NCBI GenBank assembly: GCA_949358305.1 | Contig: OX442314.1 | Location: forward strand, 17,608,001 to 17,672,000 | Source: Strigamia acuminata | Taxonomy: Eukaryota | Length of the DNA stretch: 64,000 nt | Reading direction: 5' to 3' | Shown: piece by piece, positions 11,802-29,210 of the stretch | Numbering within the stretch: position 1 is the first letter of the stretch | Layout: every line of letters begins with the position of its first letter | Notes under the pieces: model-generated | What the model was told of the DNA's origin: nothing | Seen by the model: only the letters and a program-made list of their open reading frames with translations | The model's database searches: none | Made by a program: the position numbers and the translations under genes

Positions 11802-14800
11802 TTAATGTGCCCACAAATAACACTTCTTTTCAGGATTCATAGGAACTCCAGCTGGACAATTGAAAACGTTCGAGAATTCTTTGGAATTACTCAATACCCC
11901 GATGGTCCTGCAGCACAAAATAAAATAATTACACACAAGAAACATAAAAAACAGTACACAAGTTCTTCTACCTGTATTGGCCCGGTGTGTGAATATCCTT
12001 GGAATATTTATCATACCCTTCTTTGCTAACTACTTCACACCAAATCTGAAATTGGCGCTGCAAGTTTGAACGGCAGTGTTCAATGAATATTTTGTTTCAT
12101 ACCTGAGCATAACTAATAAAGAAGAGTTGTGCTGGATTGTAGTTAAGACCAGGTAAGCGCTTTTCTTGCCCATGTTTTTGAACCCAATCTACATACGCCG
12201 CGTATGCGTGATGTAATCCCGCGTTGTCACAAATATTATCACCAAGGGTATCATTCCCATTCACCTGTTATCAATGGAAGAAAATTGTGCGCGTTAACGA
12301 GCTCTCTTGATGCCACTAAAATTCTCATCAAGCTAGTTAAGCGTGCTTGCATGATTGCTTTCTCTAAACAATAATCGAGAAGGAACTGCGGCTTACATTT
12401 AATCCGCTTTCTCCTAGTTGATATGTTGAGTATTGTTCTACAAAACAAGCGGCTTGACGGTTGAATTTTTCAATCGTATCTTCAGGCCACCACTGCGTTA
12501 AATTACCATATTTGTCAAAGCGCCTGCCTAACAGTGCATGATATTGGAATCTTTCAGTTTCAGAGGCGAGACTTAATTAAAATTGAAATTAAAAAAACTA
12601 TTTTACCGTGATTATCGAATCCGTGCGTTATTTCATGACCAATTACAACGCCGATGCTGCCATAATTTAAATACCTAAAAAAGGGGGGTTTTCATGATTT
12701 ATTATGCGAATTTTTTTAATTTAAAAATTATAATTATATGCTTACATTGGACGTTTAGAGTTAAATATTGGATTCCGCAAAATGCCGACTGGGAAAACTG
12801 TAATACAACGTGAAATCTTTTTAATATGTTGGGTTGATTGTCGCTACTCCTTAGTGCAACCCCTTTTGATTGAATGTTTAAAATTCGCATAATACATAAC
12901 TACTCACTGATTTCGTTGAAATTTGCTCGGTAAAAGGCATTCACTTCTACAGGTGAACCCAACCAATCTCTGCACGAGAGAAATACAGAGTAATCAAAAG
13001 GGTGGGAAGCACAAAAGAGTGCACCATGAAGATGAAAAAAAGCAGTGCGAGGGAAGAAGTGCAGATTACATACTCAAGCAGATTGAAGGTGAGAGAAACG
13101 AAAAAGGATCAACAAGAGAGAGAGGCAATTATAAGCGTTAATGCAAATTAAACAGCTGAAGAATGCAGCAACGGGGAATTGAACTTGAGAAAATGAGGGT
13201 GAATAAATAAACATCTTACCTGTCTTTGTTGACAGGTCGTTTTAATTTCAGAAGTTCATTTTGCACTTCGAATCTCTTCATGTTAAGTACATTACTGAGA
13301 AGACGATCATTTTTCACTTCCAGCTGCAATGTCGAGAATATTCCAATACAATTTGTACATTTGGAAACAAAAAAAGCTCTACTTACATCACCGTAATCGG
13401 CATTGAGGGTATTATCATCCAAAATAAATTGTGGATAACCAATCTTTTTATCCATAGCTTGTAACTAAAATCGAAATTTAAATTACAGTAAATTATAAAT
13501 GTTATTATTATTGTTCTTACTTTTTCTTCACATGCTATAATAGTATCAGCGTCGATCCAATTTTGTTTGCCCAGTGCAACTGATAGTGCGTTTTGGACCG
13601 AATCAATTATCATTTCCACCTCTCTTTTAGCATTGTCCTTGTCGTTATGTCTTACGTATAATGCTCCAACAGCCATTCCCATGCCATCACTTGCAAGAGC
13701 TACACATTCTTTCCATCGAGCACAAAATGGACGACTGTCTCCAGGATCAGGAACATCTCGTCTAAAATCTGTGTATAAACGACGAAGTTCTCTATCCGAA
13801 TAAGGCATGTATTTCATTATAAATCGCCACAGCATGTAATTAGAAAGAATTCTAAAATAAAATAAAAATAATAAAAACGGATTTATAAATTTTAAAATGA
13901 ACAAAATTAAATGTTAACACAATTTTTACCTATTGGGGGTTTCTTTTAAAAGAGTGACTAATTCGCTCAAATAAACTCGACAATGAACTATTAGTAAAAG
14001 ACTTGATTCGTCTAAATCAAAATTTAAGGCTTCAAAAATAGTTTGTAGCATTTTGGTCCAATCAATCTTTGAAATAACAATCATTTAAACAAGGATTATT
14101 AGTACGTAATGTTTATAAATAACGTTTACTTCAGGGATCTCTTCTTCCAGGTCAGACATGCTGAGTTTATTATAAATGTCATCATCATCAGTAGTATTGC
14201 TTTCATCTATATACCACTTAGCTTGGGAAATCTAGTTAAAATGCAATTAAAAGTATTAACCACGTACGCATTATATGCAATTATTATATTTTTTTTACAT
14301 TTGCAAATTTTGTTTCGAATTCTACGATGTCAAATGCATCTAATTTTGCTATTTCTAAATCAGCTCCTAAAACCCGTGCAGCACTAACGATAAGATGTTC
14401 ATAGCCTTGAATATATTTGTTTGCATCTTGATTACTAGCATTGAGGTAATAATCCCTCTCCATTGCAGGACTTCCACGAAAGAACTTTAAAATAATGAAT
14501 AGGAAAAATGATCGTAAGTACTGATGGACTACGCGCGAGTATTTCTCTTATCGCTACCTGCATCACATAAGCTGATGAATTTTTGAAATCTGTTGATACA
14601 TGGATGTCTACAAAAGGTTGCACCTGGAAAATAGCTAATTTACCCCAAAGAACTTCTAAATCGAATGACTCTACGGGTGATTGACTGTTGTCTAGAATAG
14701 GCCATGAACCTAGTTCTGTTTGCGTGAGTAATTCAATAAGAGGACTGCTATCATCTAGGAAACCTATAAATGTAACGCAATTAACAGATAACGATACTTG

Positions 14801-15899
14801 TTTGTTGTTACTTTAATTGTACTTTCATTCATGCATGAATGATACAACGTTTTTAGTTTAACGGTCGTGTCACTGTCAGTTGGCAGAATAGGCCCTTCTA
14901 TCAACTCTGAAAAAGATTTCATTCAATTTTACTCTACAATTTTAATCAAATTCATTTGTTGGTATACTTTTAACATCCACATAAACATCCTCTTGCATTT
15001 GCTGCAAAGTTGATTTTATATAATGATCGTCTGGAACCACGTGTTGTTTTAAATAATTTCCACAAGAAAATTGATAAAAATCATCACAAGGATTCACTGT
15101 TGCATCCATTTTACTTAGCATGTTAGATGCAGCTTTTATACATTCTGCTGTCATGCACAAATCATTATTTATTCTGTTAATACGTATTATATCTTTAAAA
15201 GAAAATGAAAATTAATTAAAAAATATAAACAGTTTTTTATGGAACTCAAATAATGTACCTGTACATAAGAAAATTGTAAGAATGGTGCAAATAAGAATGA
15301 GGCTAAATGACAACAACAATAAAATCTTCTCTAGAAATGTTCTTTTATTTTGACATTTTCTAAGGGAAAAAAAAAATAAATTTAAAATTTAAAAAAACAA
15401 ACAAATTATCATGTGTGGAAATGAAAGGCTTTAATGCAACTTGTACGTTTTCATCGTGATTAAAAATATTAACTCGAGTTAAGCTAATTAACATCAAAGA
15501 ATGTAATTATGTTCCAAAAGCAAATAAAATTATCTTCCGATTCAACCAGAAAAGAAAAAAACTCTAAGCAACTTGTATAAACAAATTTATTTTTAGTTCA
15601 TTTTTGTTTATAAAAATTGTACCCGAGGTTAAATTACACGTATGAAACTGTTTACATAACTCCACACCAGTAGATGAAGAAATGCAAATTTTGGATTTGC
15701 AACCCCTTAATTAGAAATAATACGAGTAATTAAGCAACATTTGGCACGCGATGCAAAAATACAATTTTAATGCTGACGAATTAATGCATTATGTCTCAGC
15801 ACAAATCGCGTAATCAATCTTTTGTCGCCAGACGCTCGTTTCAACTTACCTACAGTTGTCTCTTTTGCCGGGTTCCATGCGTGAGCGTCCCGTTTTCAT
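11802..15899 (-). CDS. Neprilysin-like M13 metallopeptidase (divergent; third Zn ligand Glu replaced by Asp)
   Basis: Multi-exon gene with short cytoplasmic tail, TM segment ([17 protein letters not shown]), [48 protein letters not shown] and the C-terminus [16 protein letters not shown]. Confidence 0.9.
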
Positions 15900-16350
15900 C
15901 GTCAACTGCACGTGCGATCAATGTGAGGTGCAGTTGCGCTGCAAGATGATGGCGGACGTGTGCAAACTTCTCGCTGATTACTTGGGCTTGGTCTTCATAG
16001 TGTTTTGTTGCCTGCTCTGTGCAATTGCTTATTTAAAATACGTATTGCCCAGGCACATTCAAAGCATTGTTATCCTCCATACCTGCATCACCAATGGGAG
16101 AGCAAAATTCATGAGCGTCACAACGCCAAAGCATCCAGAAAATCTGATTATACGTAAATATTTAGCTTGGAAATTGTGTTGTAACGTTTATTAAAGCAGA
16201 CGTTCCTCCTTAAAGTGGAAATATTTGGCTGCAATAACTCCATTTAAATGACATGTGTCAAATTAAAACAGTATTGATGTCAATATGCATTTTGTGTGCA
16301 CAGATTTCATTTAGTAAAATAAGTGGTTGCCAAACTCAGGAGCATATCTC

Positions 16351-16364
16351 GTTGCCATGGCAAC
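16351..16364. promoter_or_regulatory. RFX X-box
   Basis: Perfect palindrome GTTGCCATGGCAAC ~450 bp upstream of the neprilysin-like ATG (15899, minus strand). Confidence 0.7.
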
Positions 16365-16635
16365 TAACTGGATCGATGATGTCTTGTTTTAAATTACAGT
16401 AAATTACAGTAATAAAGTAAAAAGTAAAACGTCTATAATTTTTATTCAACAATAAATTTTTTAAATTATTTTTTAGTCTTTTTTTTTTCCCAAGTGATAA
16501 TTATAGCAAGAGGGATTTAAAAACTTTTTGCGCAGTGGATTATTTTTTCAGTTTCTATGTGAAAATAAAATTGAAGTTTTATTAATTCTTATACATGTGT
16601 GTATACTGTGGTTAATAGTGCTTATATATTTATAT

Positions 16636-19600
16636 TTACTGATTTTCTGGACTACTGCTTCCGCTTAGGCTTTTTTCTCGCGTTCGTTTGCGACTCTTGC
16701 GAACGGCTTCGAATGGGAAAGTTTGTACATCACTAGTTCCTGCAAATAAATAGATTTTTGTTTTAATTAAATTAAATTAAATTTAAAATTTTTATTTTTA
16801 TTTTTAAAGACAATGACCGGTTTCTGACGATTCCGTCTTTAAGTGGTTCGGTTGCTGGAGAAAAAGACTCGACGATAAAGAAGTGCATGACTCATCAAAA
16901 GCATTGTTTATATGAGTCACAGGTGTCCTGTTTCCGGTTTTGTCAATAAACATGAATGTTGCAGGTAAAGAAAGGTCGATTTTAAGCGGTGACGACGGCT
17001 TTAATTTTACACCGCCGCCAATGTCACTCTGAGTACTCGATGTCTGACTATATTCTCGTTTGGCTTCTGCTTGTTTCAGAGGATTCAGCAATAAATTCAG
17101 AGCATTCTCCTCACTTGCTTTACTGCTTGGTGTTACGTACGGCGCCAAAAGAAATTCCCTGGACGCCATTGAATCACTGTCTGGTGAACAGCTCGATCTA
17201 CTAGCCAATACGCTAGCTGATAAACTATGCCGGGCTTGTCGTAGTCGTGGACGGTTGCCTAATTCCACTGACGAATAAATTGGTCTCGCGGGAATTACAA
17301 CGGATTCTGAAGAGCCTCCGGAAGAACTGTCATTTTCTAGACTCTCTTTCGAGCTCTGTCTAGAAGAGCAGCACGATTTGTTGACGCAATTAGCTGAATA
17401 ATAAAATATAACAAAACATTATAAATGTTAAAAATAAATAAAATTGGCAATTCTAACATGACATGCCAGTCGTGGAAGTAGATGCACGACATATTGGTAA
17501 CAATTTAGTATAGTGGGGACAATGTTGATGAGCTAACAGCGAACCTATACTTTCGTCAGATGGTTCTTCGTTTGTTGATGCTGATTTAACATCACCACCA
17601 GTGTCGGAGGACGATTCGCTGTCTTCCTGTTTCGTGTCACTCAGACGTCGTCTTTTAGCTTTAAGAGCCGACAGATTGTTTGACGAGCGACGTTTTCGTC
17701 TTTTTCTGCGAAAGCTTTTAACGGACGATTCTGAAATTCAAATTTACTTCATTTCCTAAACCCAAAAAAAGTATTTAGAAAATTGGCACCTGGGCTGATC
17801 AAGTGAATAGACTGATATCCAGACGGACCGGCTTCATTTCCGTCAACTTGCGACTGAATTTCAAGCATTATATTCAACGGTTCCTCATCTTCATATTTAC
17901 CGGTATCGTTCGAAGCATTTGTCTCGCTTTCGTCACTCGATTCCTCGTCTTTCACTTCTTCGTCGTCATTTTCTTTCTCTTCCTGGTCCGCTCCCTCTTC
18001 TTCACCCTCTTCTTCACTTTCCTCGTCGCTTTCTTCGTAATCATCCTCGACCGTACAGTCAATATTCAATTGGATATTCACTCGGTCATCGTCGTCGTCA
18101 TCCGAGTCCGAGTTCAGGCACGGACTTGTCCCTTCCTTAATCATTTTTCTCTTCTCAGCACCTCCTCGAAGAGCAATTCTTCCCTTCTCAAAACTCCCAC
18201 CCAGTAATTGAAAAGAGAAGGGCGACTCACGTTCATCTAGATCTATTGGCATAACCGCGCTAGGCTGCAATTCAACTTGATTAACTTAAAAAAATTACTT
18301 CTAAATGCTAGCTTTTACCCCTTCCCTCATGATGTAAGCTGGTTCTCCAGTTTCCATCGCATCAGGAGGAAGCGCAGAACGTTTGACGGGCAATTTGTAC
18401 TGTCGACCGGGTGGGATTTCGATTGGCGTCCATTGCCAACGTGAGTCACTCGCGGCCAACAAATCGTAGAGGGCTGTCCACATTTCTCGTCTCGCTTCAT
18501 CCACGGTCAGAACGTGCTCCCTGAAGCTCCACGCGTGTTTTGATAGGTGCAAACGTTCTTCCGCTTAAGTTAATAATTGTATTACAATTTGCGGTGTATT
18601 TATTAGACATTATTCATTACTTAGTCCGAGTTTAAATTGCCTGCTTGGTATTTCTGATTTGGCCAGCATCCGGGGTCGTACAACAGCTATCCCTTGATGC
18701 GGTATCAAAGGAACCATCGGATGTACCAAACTTAACTGAGGTACAAGTTTTGGCCGTCCTTCCATTTTTCCTAAAAGCCTGTCTAACTGATAAAGTTCCA
18801 AACGAATTTCTTGATCCCTTAACCAGGGGTGTTTTAGCGCCTGTCGCGCTGTTGGTCGCGCGTGTGCTTCCCATTTCAATAACCACGAGAGGAATCCTCG
18901 ACCACCACGACTCACTGCCGTTAGTGCTGGAAGGGTCATCAACGAGTCCAGGTTCTGACGTATGATCAAACGTCTGTTCAGACGATCGGCCAAAGTGTCA
19001 CCACTAGTTGGACCGGAAATGGAGAAACCGGATAATAATTCACAGATGAGTCCACCAACTGACCAAACGTCCACCTTTCATAAAAATTGAATGTTTATTA
19101 TTATGTTGTTTCGAGTTTTTGGTTTATATCGTACTTTGCTCAAGTCATGTCCCATGGAATGAGGGTAATGTTCAAGAATTTCAGGTGGAATGTGATCCAT
19201 TCTTCCGAAAAGCGCGTAACGATCGTTATAAAGAGAAACGTAACCCAAACCTCCGATTCTCAAATTTGTCAAGTTATCGACAAACAAAGCTTTCTTTCTG
19301 ATGTTGAGATGAAACAAACCCATGGTGTGCAACCGATTCAAAAATATCAGCAGTTGTTTGGCCCATTTACGAACAAGAAGCTCGTTCACCTACCGGTATA
19401 TAAAAATGTCATTTAATCGAGCAGAATATAGTGTTTGCTATACAATTTTATGAAAAAACCTTATGTTTTATCGTTGGATCTGGTCCGGTAAGGATGTCGT
19501 GAAGTGAGCCATGACTGTAAAACGGACTCACAAAATAGACGTAGCTGTCGTAATAAAAACAGTCGGTTAATTCCATGATATGAGCACAGCTGAGCATGCC

Positions 19601-19880
19601 CCAGTAGAATAAATCGCCTCGAATATTTTGTTGCTTTCTCGTTCCAATTTTAACTACTACTGGTTGTTTTGTCTGTTACGAGTTTAATATAGAAAATATA
19701 AACGTTTCATTCTGTATTTTGATCTCGCAATGTTATTTATTATACCTGCCATTCTTCGGCGATATAAAGGTCGCAACCATCCATCTGGGTGGGCGACTGT
19801 CGGGGTAGGTAGCCGTTTAATACTGCCACCACTTCTTTCAAAAGGTGGTTGGCCCCTACCCCGACATTTTCTACATCCAT
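16636..19880 (-). CDS. CAMK-like pseudokinase with long acidic and Ser-rich C-terminal tail
   Basis: Spliced ORF from ATG 19880 (exon 19880-19746). Motifs in order: VVVK, HLNIRKKA (HRD position), IGGLG (DFG position), IPPE, DVWSVG and RPTARQALKHPWL. These are followed by a D/E-rich tract, basic clusters (RKKRRKRR) and a Ser-rich tail ending ...SSSPENQ*. Internal 3' exon boundaries are approximate. Confidence 0.75.
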
Positions 19881-20508
19881 CTCGTCGTCTTAGCTTTTTG
19901 TGTTTTCGGCTTTTCGATTCTTTGACGTTTAAATTACCAAACCATTTGCGAAAGGTGTTTGTTTTTTCTGAAGAGTGGTTGATGGTAGACACTGTTGAGT
20001 TTCTTCTTTTTTTTCCTTTTTTTCACTTTAGGTAAATTCCATTTTCAGGAGCCAAGACAGAGTTACATTTTCGTTCGGCTGAATTTTGGTGCTATCACAT
20101 GATGGCCAAATACGAAAGATCGAGTCGCAAACAATCAAATTGGTATCTAGGTAGGTAACAATAGCATTCTCGTGACTTCTAAACCTTCTTATTTATCACG
20201 AATTTTATTATTGCGCTCTGCCGATGTAGTTTTACTTCTCTTTTTTAAATATAAACAATTTTTCCTTCGCAAACAAAAAATGTAACATTTATCGGAAATA
20301 TGTAAACAAACGAATTGGCGATTGGAAATTCGCGCGCATTCAATCAGCCACGTAGAGGACGCCAGTTGTCTGGGCCAATAATCACGTGATCCACGCCATC
20401 CTACCTCGGTCGTCTCTAATTTGATTCGCCATCCGGATTCGTGATCCCCAATTTTTGCGGGCTTTTTGCAAATTGTTTTCCGCCAAACGCTCCGAATTTC
20501 AAACTGAA

Positions 20509-21793
20509 ATGTCGGATAAAAAAGCTGAACTGAAGAGGGATGGCACTATGCAGATTTCAAGCAAGGTAACGTCGCGTTAAAATCATCCCAGTTCGACCAT
20601 TTTGTTATCAACCTTTGGAGGCCCCCGCGCGCGCGCGCGCCAATGTTTGTGGTTTAAAAATTAACCCGATTCATTTACGATTAAACTACTGCCACAATTG
20701 GCAGTGGGCATTAAAGTCGTGATTGTATTCGAGTATCCTCCCAATTTGTAGTCGTGATTAAATTTCCACCTTTTAATTAGGTGATCGAGACAACGACTGC
20801 TGATCATGGCAGTCGTCCGTTTCGCGTCAAAACAGATTCAAATATGGCGGAGGGGCTCATCAACATCCTTTCATCCTGCGGTCGCTGTTTATGGAGGTGC
20901 TTCCATCTGATGATGAAAACTATCTTTTTAATGGCGGTTAAAATCAAAATTAATAACCGCTAAATAAAATTAAATTAGAACAATGAATAAATAGAGCGTT
21001 TTGTTCGATATGAGCAAGCTTTTGATTCATCAAACGACCGTTATTTTGAATTTTCAAATTTTTTTTTTTTACTCATTTTTTTTATTCTATTTTTTGTTGT
21101 TAGGAAGGCGAATCTGGTCAGTTGGAAACTGGAAAAACGGATGCACCACTTTCCAAGAAACAAAAAACAATGGTAAAAAATAAAAATTTTCAAACAATTT
21201 AAATAAATTAATAAAATTAAAAAAATTAATTTCTCTAATCGATGAATTTTTAATTTGAATTTCGCAGACCAGCGACGAGAAATCGATTTCGAAACGAACA
21301 AGTACTATTATTAGGACAGCAAAAGAAGGAGAGGAGCTTTTGAAAGACATGGGTCACGCAGATGACACCGCCGATAGTGGCAGACGTCGAACACGTTCCC
21401 AAACACGCGGAGTTCCTCCACCACCGCCATTAGTACCCAGAAAAGAGAGAGTTAAAAATGCCTCTATCAAAGTACGGGTTTACAAGAACAATTTCAAAGT
21501 TCAACTATTATTTGTGTTTTTCACATTTTTAGCCCGATGGAACCAAAAGTCGTGGACGGGGACGGCCTAAAAAGGGAGAAAAGAAAGATGAGATTCTAAC
21601 GGAAGTAGCTAAGGAGGAAAGCGCGGCAAAGAAAGATGGAACCACGGATGAAAGCAAAGAAGACATTAAAGAGAACAAACGGGATGAAAACGGAGCGAAA
21701 AAAATAGATAATGACACGTCCGAGTCCCAGAAACAAAATCCCCAAAATCCCATTTCCTCATCGTCGACGGAAAAGGCAGGACAAGACAACTGA
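20509..21793 (+). CDS. Small (~196 aa) charged AT-hook chromatin protein, HMGA-like
   Basis: Four phase-0 exons: 20509-20565, 21104-21172, 21268-21471 and 21533-21793. It has an AT-hook (RGRGRPKK), an RRRTRSQTRG basic motif and a charged low-complexity C-terminus. Confidence 0.75.
20627..20640. repeat. (GC)7 alternating repeat
   Basis: GCGCGCGCGCGCGC in intron 1 of the AT-hook gene. Confidence 0.9.
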
Positions 21794-24220
21794 CCAGTGT
21801 CTTCTGCGAGATGTACCTGAGAAATGACTCGTTTTTAACTTAACGGAAACATTGTTTGTTTTTTATTGTTTTATCCCGATGCATCATTGTTAAATTACTG
21901 TGGTAAATCGGACCGGTGATTGGATGAACTGTTTTAAAATGATGCTAACAAAAATTGAGATGTTTGGGAGGAAATCGTTTAAATAATGTTTATGATTCAA
22001 TTTGGTGTAAACAAGGTTGTTTCGAGCATTTTAATGGCAACAAATGTCATCATTGTAAGATGTACTTTACTTTTTATTTGTAGTTAGAAGTGACAAATGT
22101 TGACACTTAAGTTCTATCAACAAGTTTTTCCTTGGGTTAACTTTTTTTGTTGTTTTGTTTTGACAAGCAGACAATCTGAAGATACAGATTTGAATGTTTT
22201 GAATGGTCAGATTGTCTTGTTTAATCACTTTTTCTGGTCAAGAGTTCTTCTTTTTTTTAAATTGAAAAAAAAATTGAAGCTTTGGTGCCATTTTGACATA
22301 AATTTTGTAGTTAATTTTTATTTTTTTTAATATATAATATAGGTATATATATATATATATATTATGTTATTTTGATCACTAAAATTGATTTTATAGATCC
22401 ATGCAATTATTTTAACATGTACAAAAAAAATCTATAAGTTTAAAATTTATGGCTCTTGCATTAAAAAGGCTTTAAAAAAGGCAAGAAAATAAATATAAAA
22501 TCAACAAATCATTGTCATGTTTTTTAAACACGAATGCATCTTTTAATGCATTTTAAATTTTTTTACTCTTTCCCATTCAATCATTATTCCATTTAAATGT
22601 TGGGTGGGGCAAATATTTTTCTTCTAATTAATTGTACATAGTCAGTGTATGTACCATGCATTAGCTAATCTGGAAGTCAAAGTTACATTTAAAATTAGCA
22701 GGAGAAAATAGTGTATTAATAATGTGATCTGAAAGTATCATGTATCATCAAAAATTCATATATTAATTGTATAATGTGCATTACCCCCGCATCCAAGCAC
22801 TATATTGTAATCTTTCAATGTTTGACTATAAAAAAAAATGTTTTTATTTACTAGACTTGATATCCATCACTCGCTTAAGTAATCAAAGCAAAATCTGTTG
22901 AAAACTGGACAGATTTTCGTGAATCATCAAAGTATTTTCAAGTGTTATAAAGTATCTAAACTCCGAAAATAAGTTCTATTTATAGGTTTAAGACTCACAC
23001 TTGTTGTCAATTAAAGAAAAAAATTATAAATTGAGTCATTTATTTTCAAATTTTATTTTAAGGGGTAAAAAAAAAACACAAACTCGGTACGAAGTAAATT
23101 TTTTTCCGAATAAATGATATTTTCATCAGTTTATTTTAATGTACATAATTCAAAGAATTTCTTTCAACTGATAATACGAAATACGACCCAAACGCAAACA
23201 CTTCTTCGCAAGCTCCTTGTTTTTCTTTGGTAAATCACGTGGTTTATGACGCAATGGCATTCGTGTTCGGTGTAGCGGTAGTAGTGTCTCGGATTGCGAC
23301 TCGTAGGATTTAATGTTGATTTTGGATTCTACAAGGTAAGCGCAGGTGTTTATAACGGTTTAAAAGGCGCTACAAGGTTTCTTTGTTTGAATTTTTAAAT
23401 TTTCTCACGCTTAATCCAAACCTTATAACAGGTGTGATGTGATTGGAAACCCTAAACGAGTGCGACATTTGAATGAACCTTGACAGAAAAGGGTTGAAAA
23501 ACCCCATAGACCAAACAAAAGTGTATTTTAACTTATCGATACCAAAGACCACGTGACCAATTACTAGCAAAATAATCAGAAGTTTTCTAATCTGTTTTTT
23601 TTTTTCTAAAAGAAAGAAATTTCTACTGGATTGATATGATCACGAATATCAATCGTGATATTTAAATAATATTTTTTTTTGTTCGCAACATCTGCTAAAC
23701 AAAAAGAGATGGTCTAAGTGATGACTAACTCGTATTTACTCCCCTACTTCGGTTGACTAATTCAAATTTCCGGGAAGTCCGCTGACGGCGGGTGTAACCT
23801 ACATCATTTAGCCAATTGGGAATCCAATTTATTTACACGATAAATGTCCTTTAAAGTGTCCTTGGCATTCCGTGCCAACATCCAAGATAGAAATGTTTGT
23901 CTAATTTCTCTTTTTTTATTACCTTCGATCAGTCTGGTGAGATGCTAGACCGAGTTTGACTATAGCATTCATTGCGCGCTCAACTTGTTTACAGTTTTCT
24001 GGGTATTTTTCTGGTTTTTTTTTCTATGACGTTTATCAAGTTGTTTACCAGTTTCAGACGTATCCTGAGTTCTTCCCCCCGATTGTACCGTGGAAAGATC
24101 AGTTACATATTGTATCTCGTTACAAATGAGACATGTTTTTTTTTCTTCTTTCGTCTTTGCAGGAAGAAAATGTGAATTATTTTGTTGATGTGATAGTGCT
24201 CAGGGGTGGCAAAACAAACG

Positions 24221-28903
<4,683 letters not shown>

Positions 28904-29210
28904 ATCTTGACCATTTCATAAAGATTTCTATATCCGATTTGTCACCATCATGTTTACAAAATATATTTTTTAATTTCTTTTATATCGACACGCATGCTTT
29001 TTGTTCCAATGATCGAACAATCTCATCAAGAGCAATAAGAAAATCTTTTTATTGAAAAATAGTTCATTTCGGTACGATTGTGTGAATGTAACTTATTTTT
29101 TTGTTACAATTCTGTCTTTTTTTTAATTCAAACATTCCAATAATTTTTCTTATGTACAAATATTTTGATGCTTTTTAAACAATACGTTAAAAATTGATGT
29201 AGCTTGATTA

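Noticed and set aside
17803..18207. Hydrophobic 134-aa plus-strand ORF
   Set aside because: It is the antisense shadow of the acidic GAA/GAT-rich pseudokinase exon.
19684..19992. 102-aa basic ORF as the kinase N-terminus
   Set aside because: It is out of phase with the next kinase exon; the frame from ATG 19880 splices correctly.
22331..22362. (TA)n and similar microsatellites (also ~39866, ~52722)
   Set aside because: Ordinary simple repeats in AT-rich DNA.
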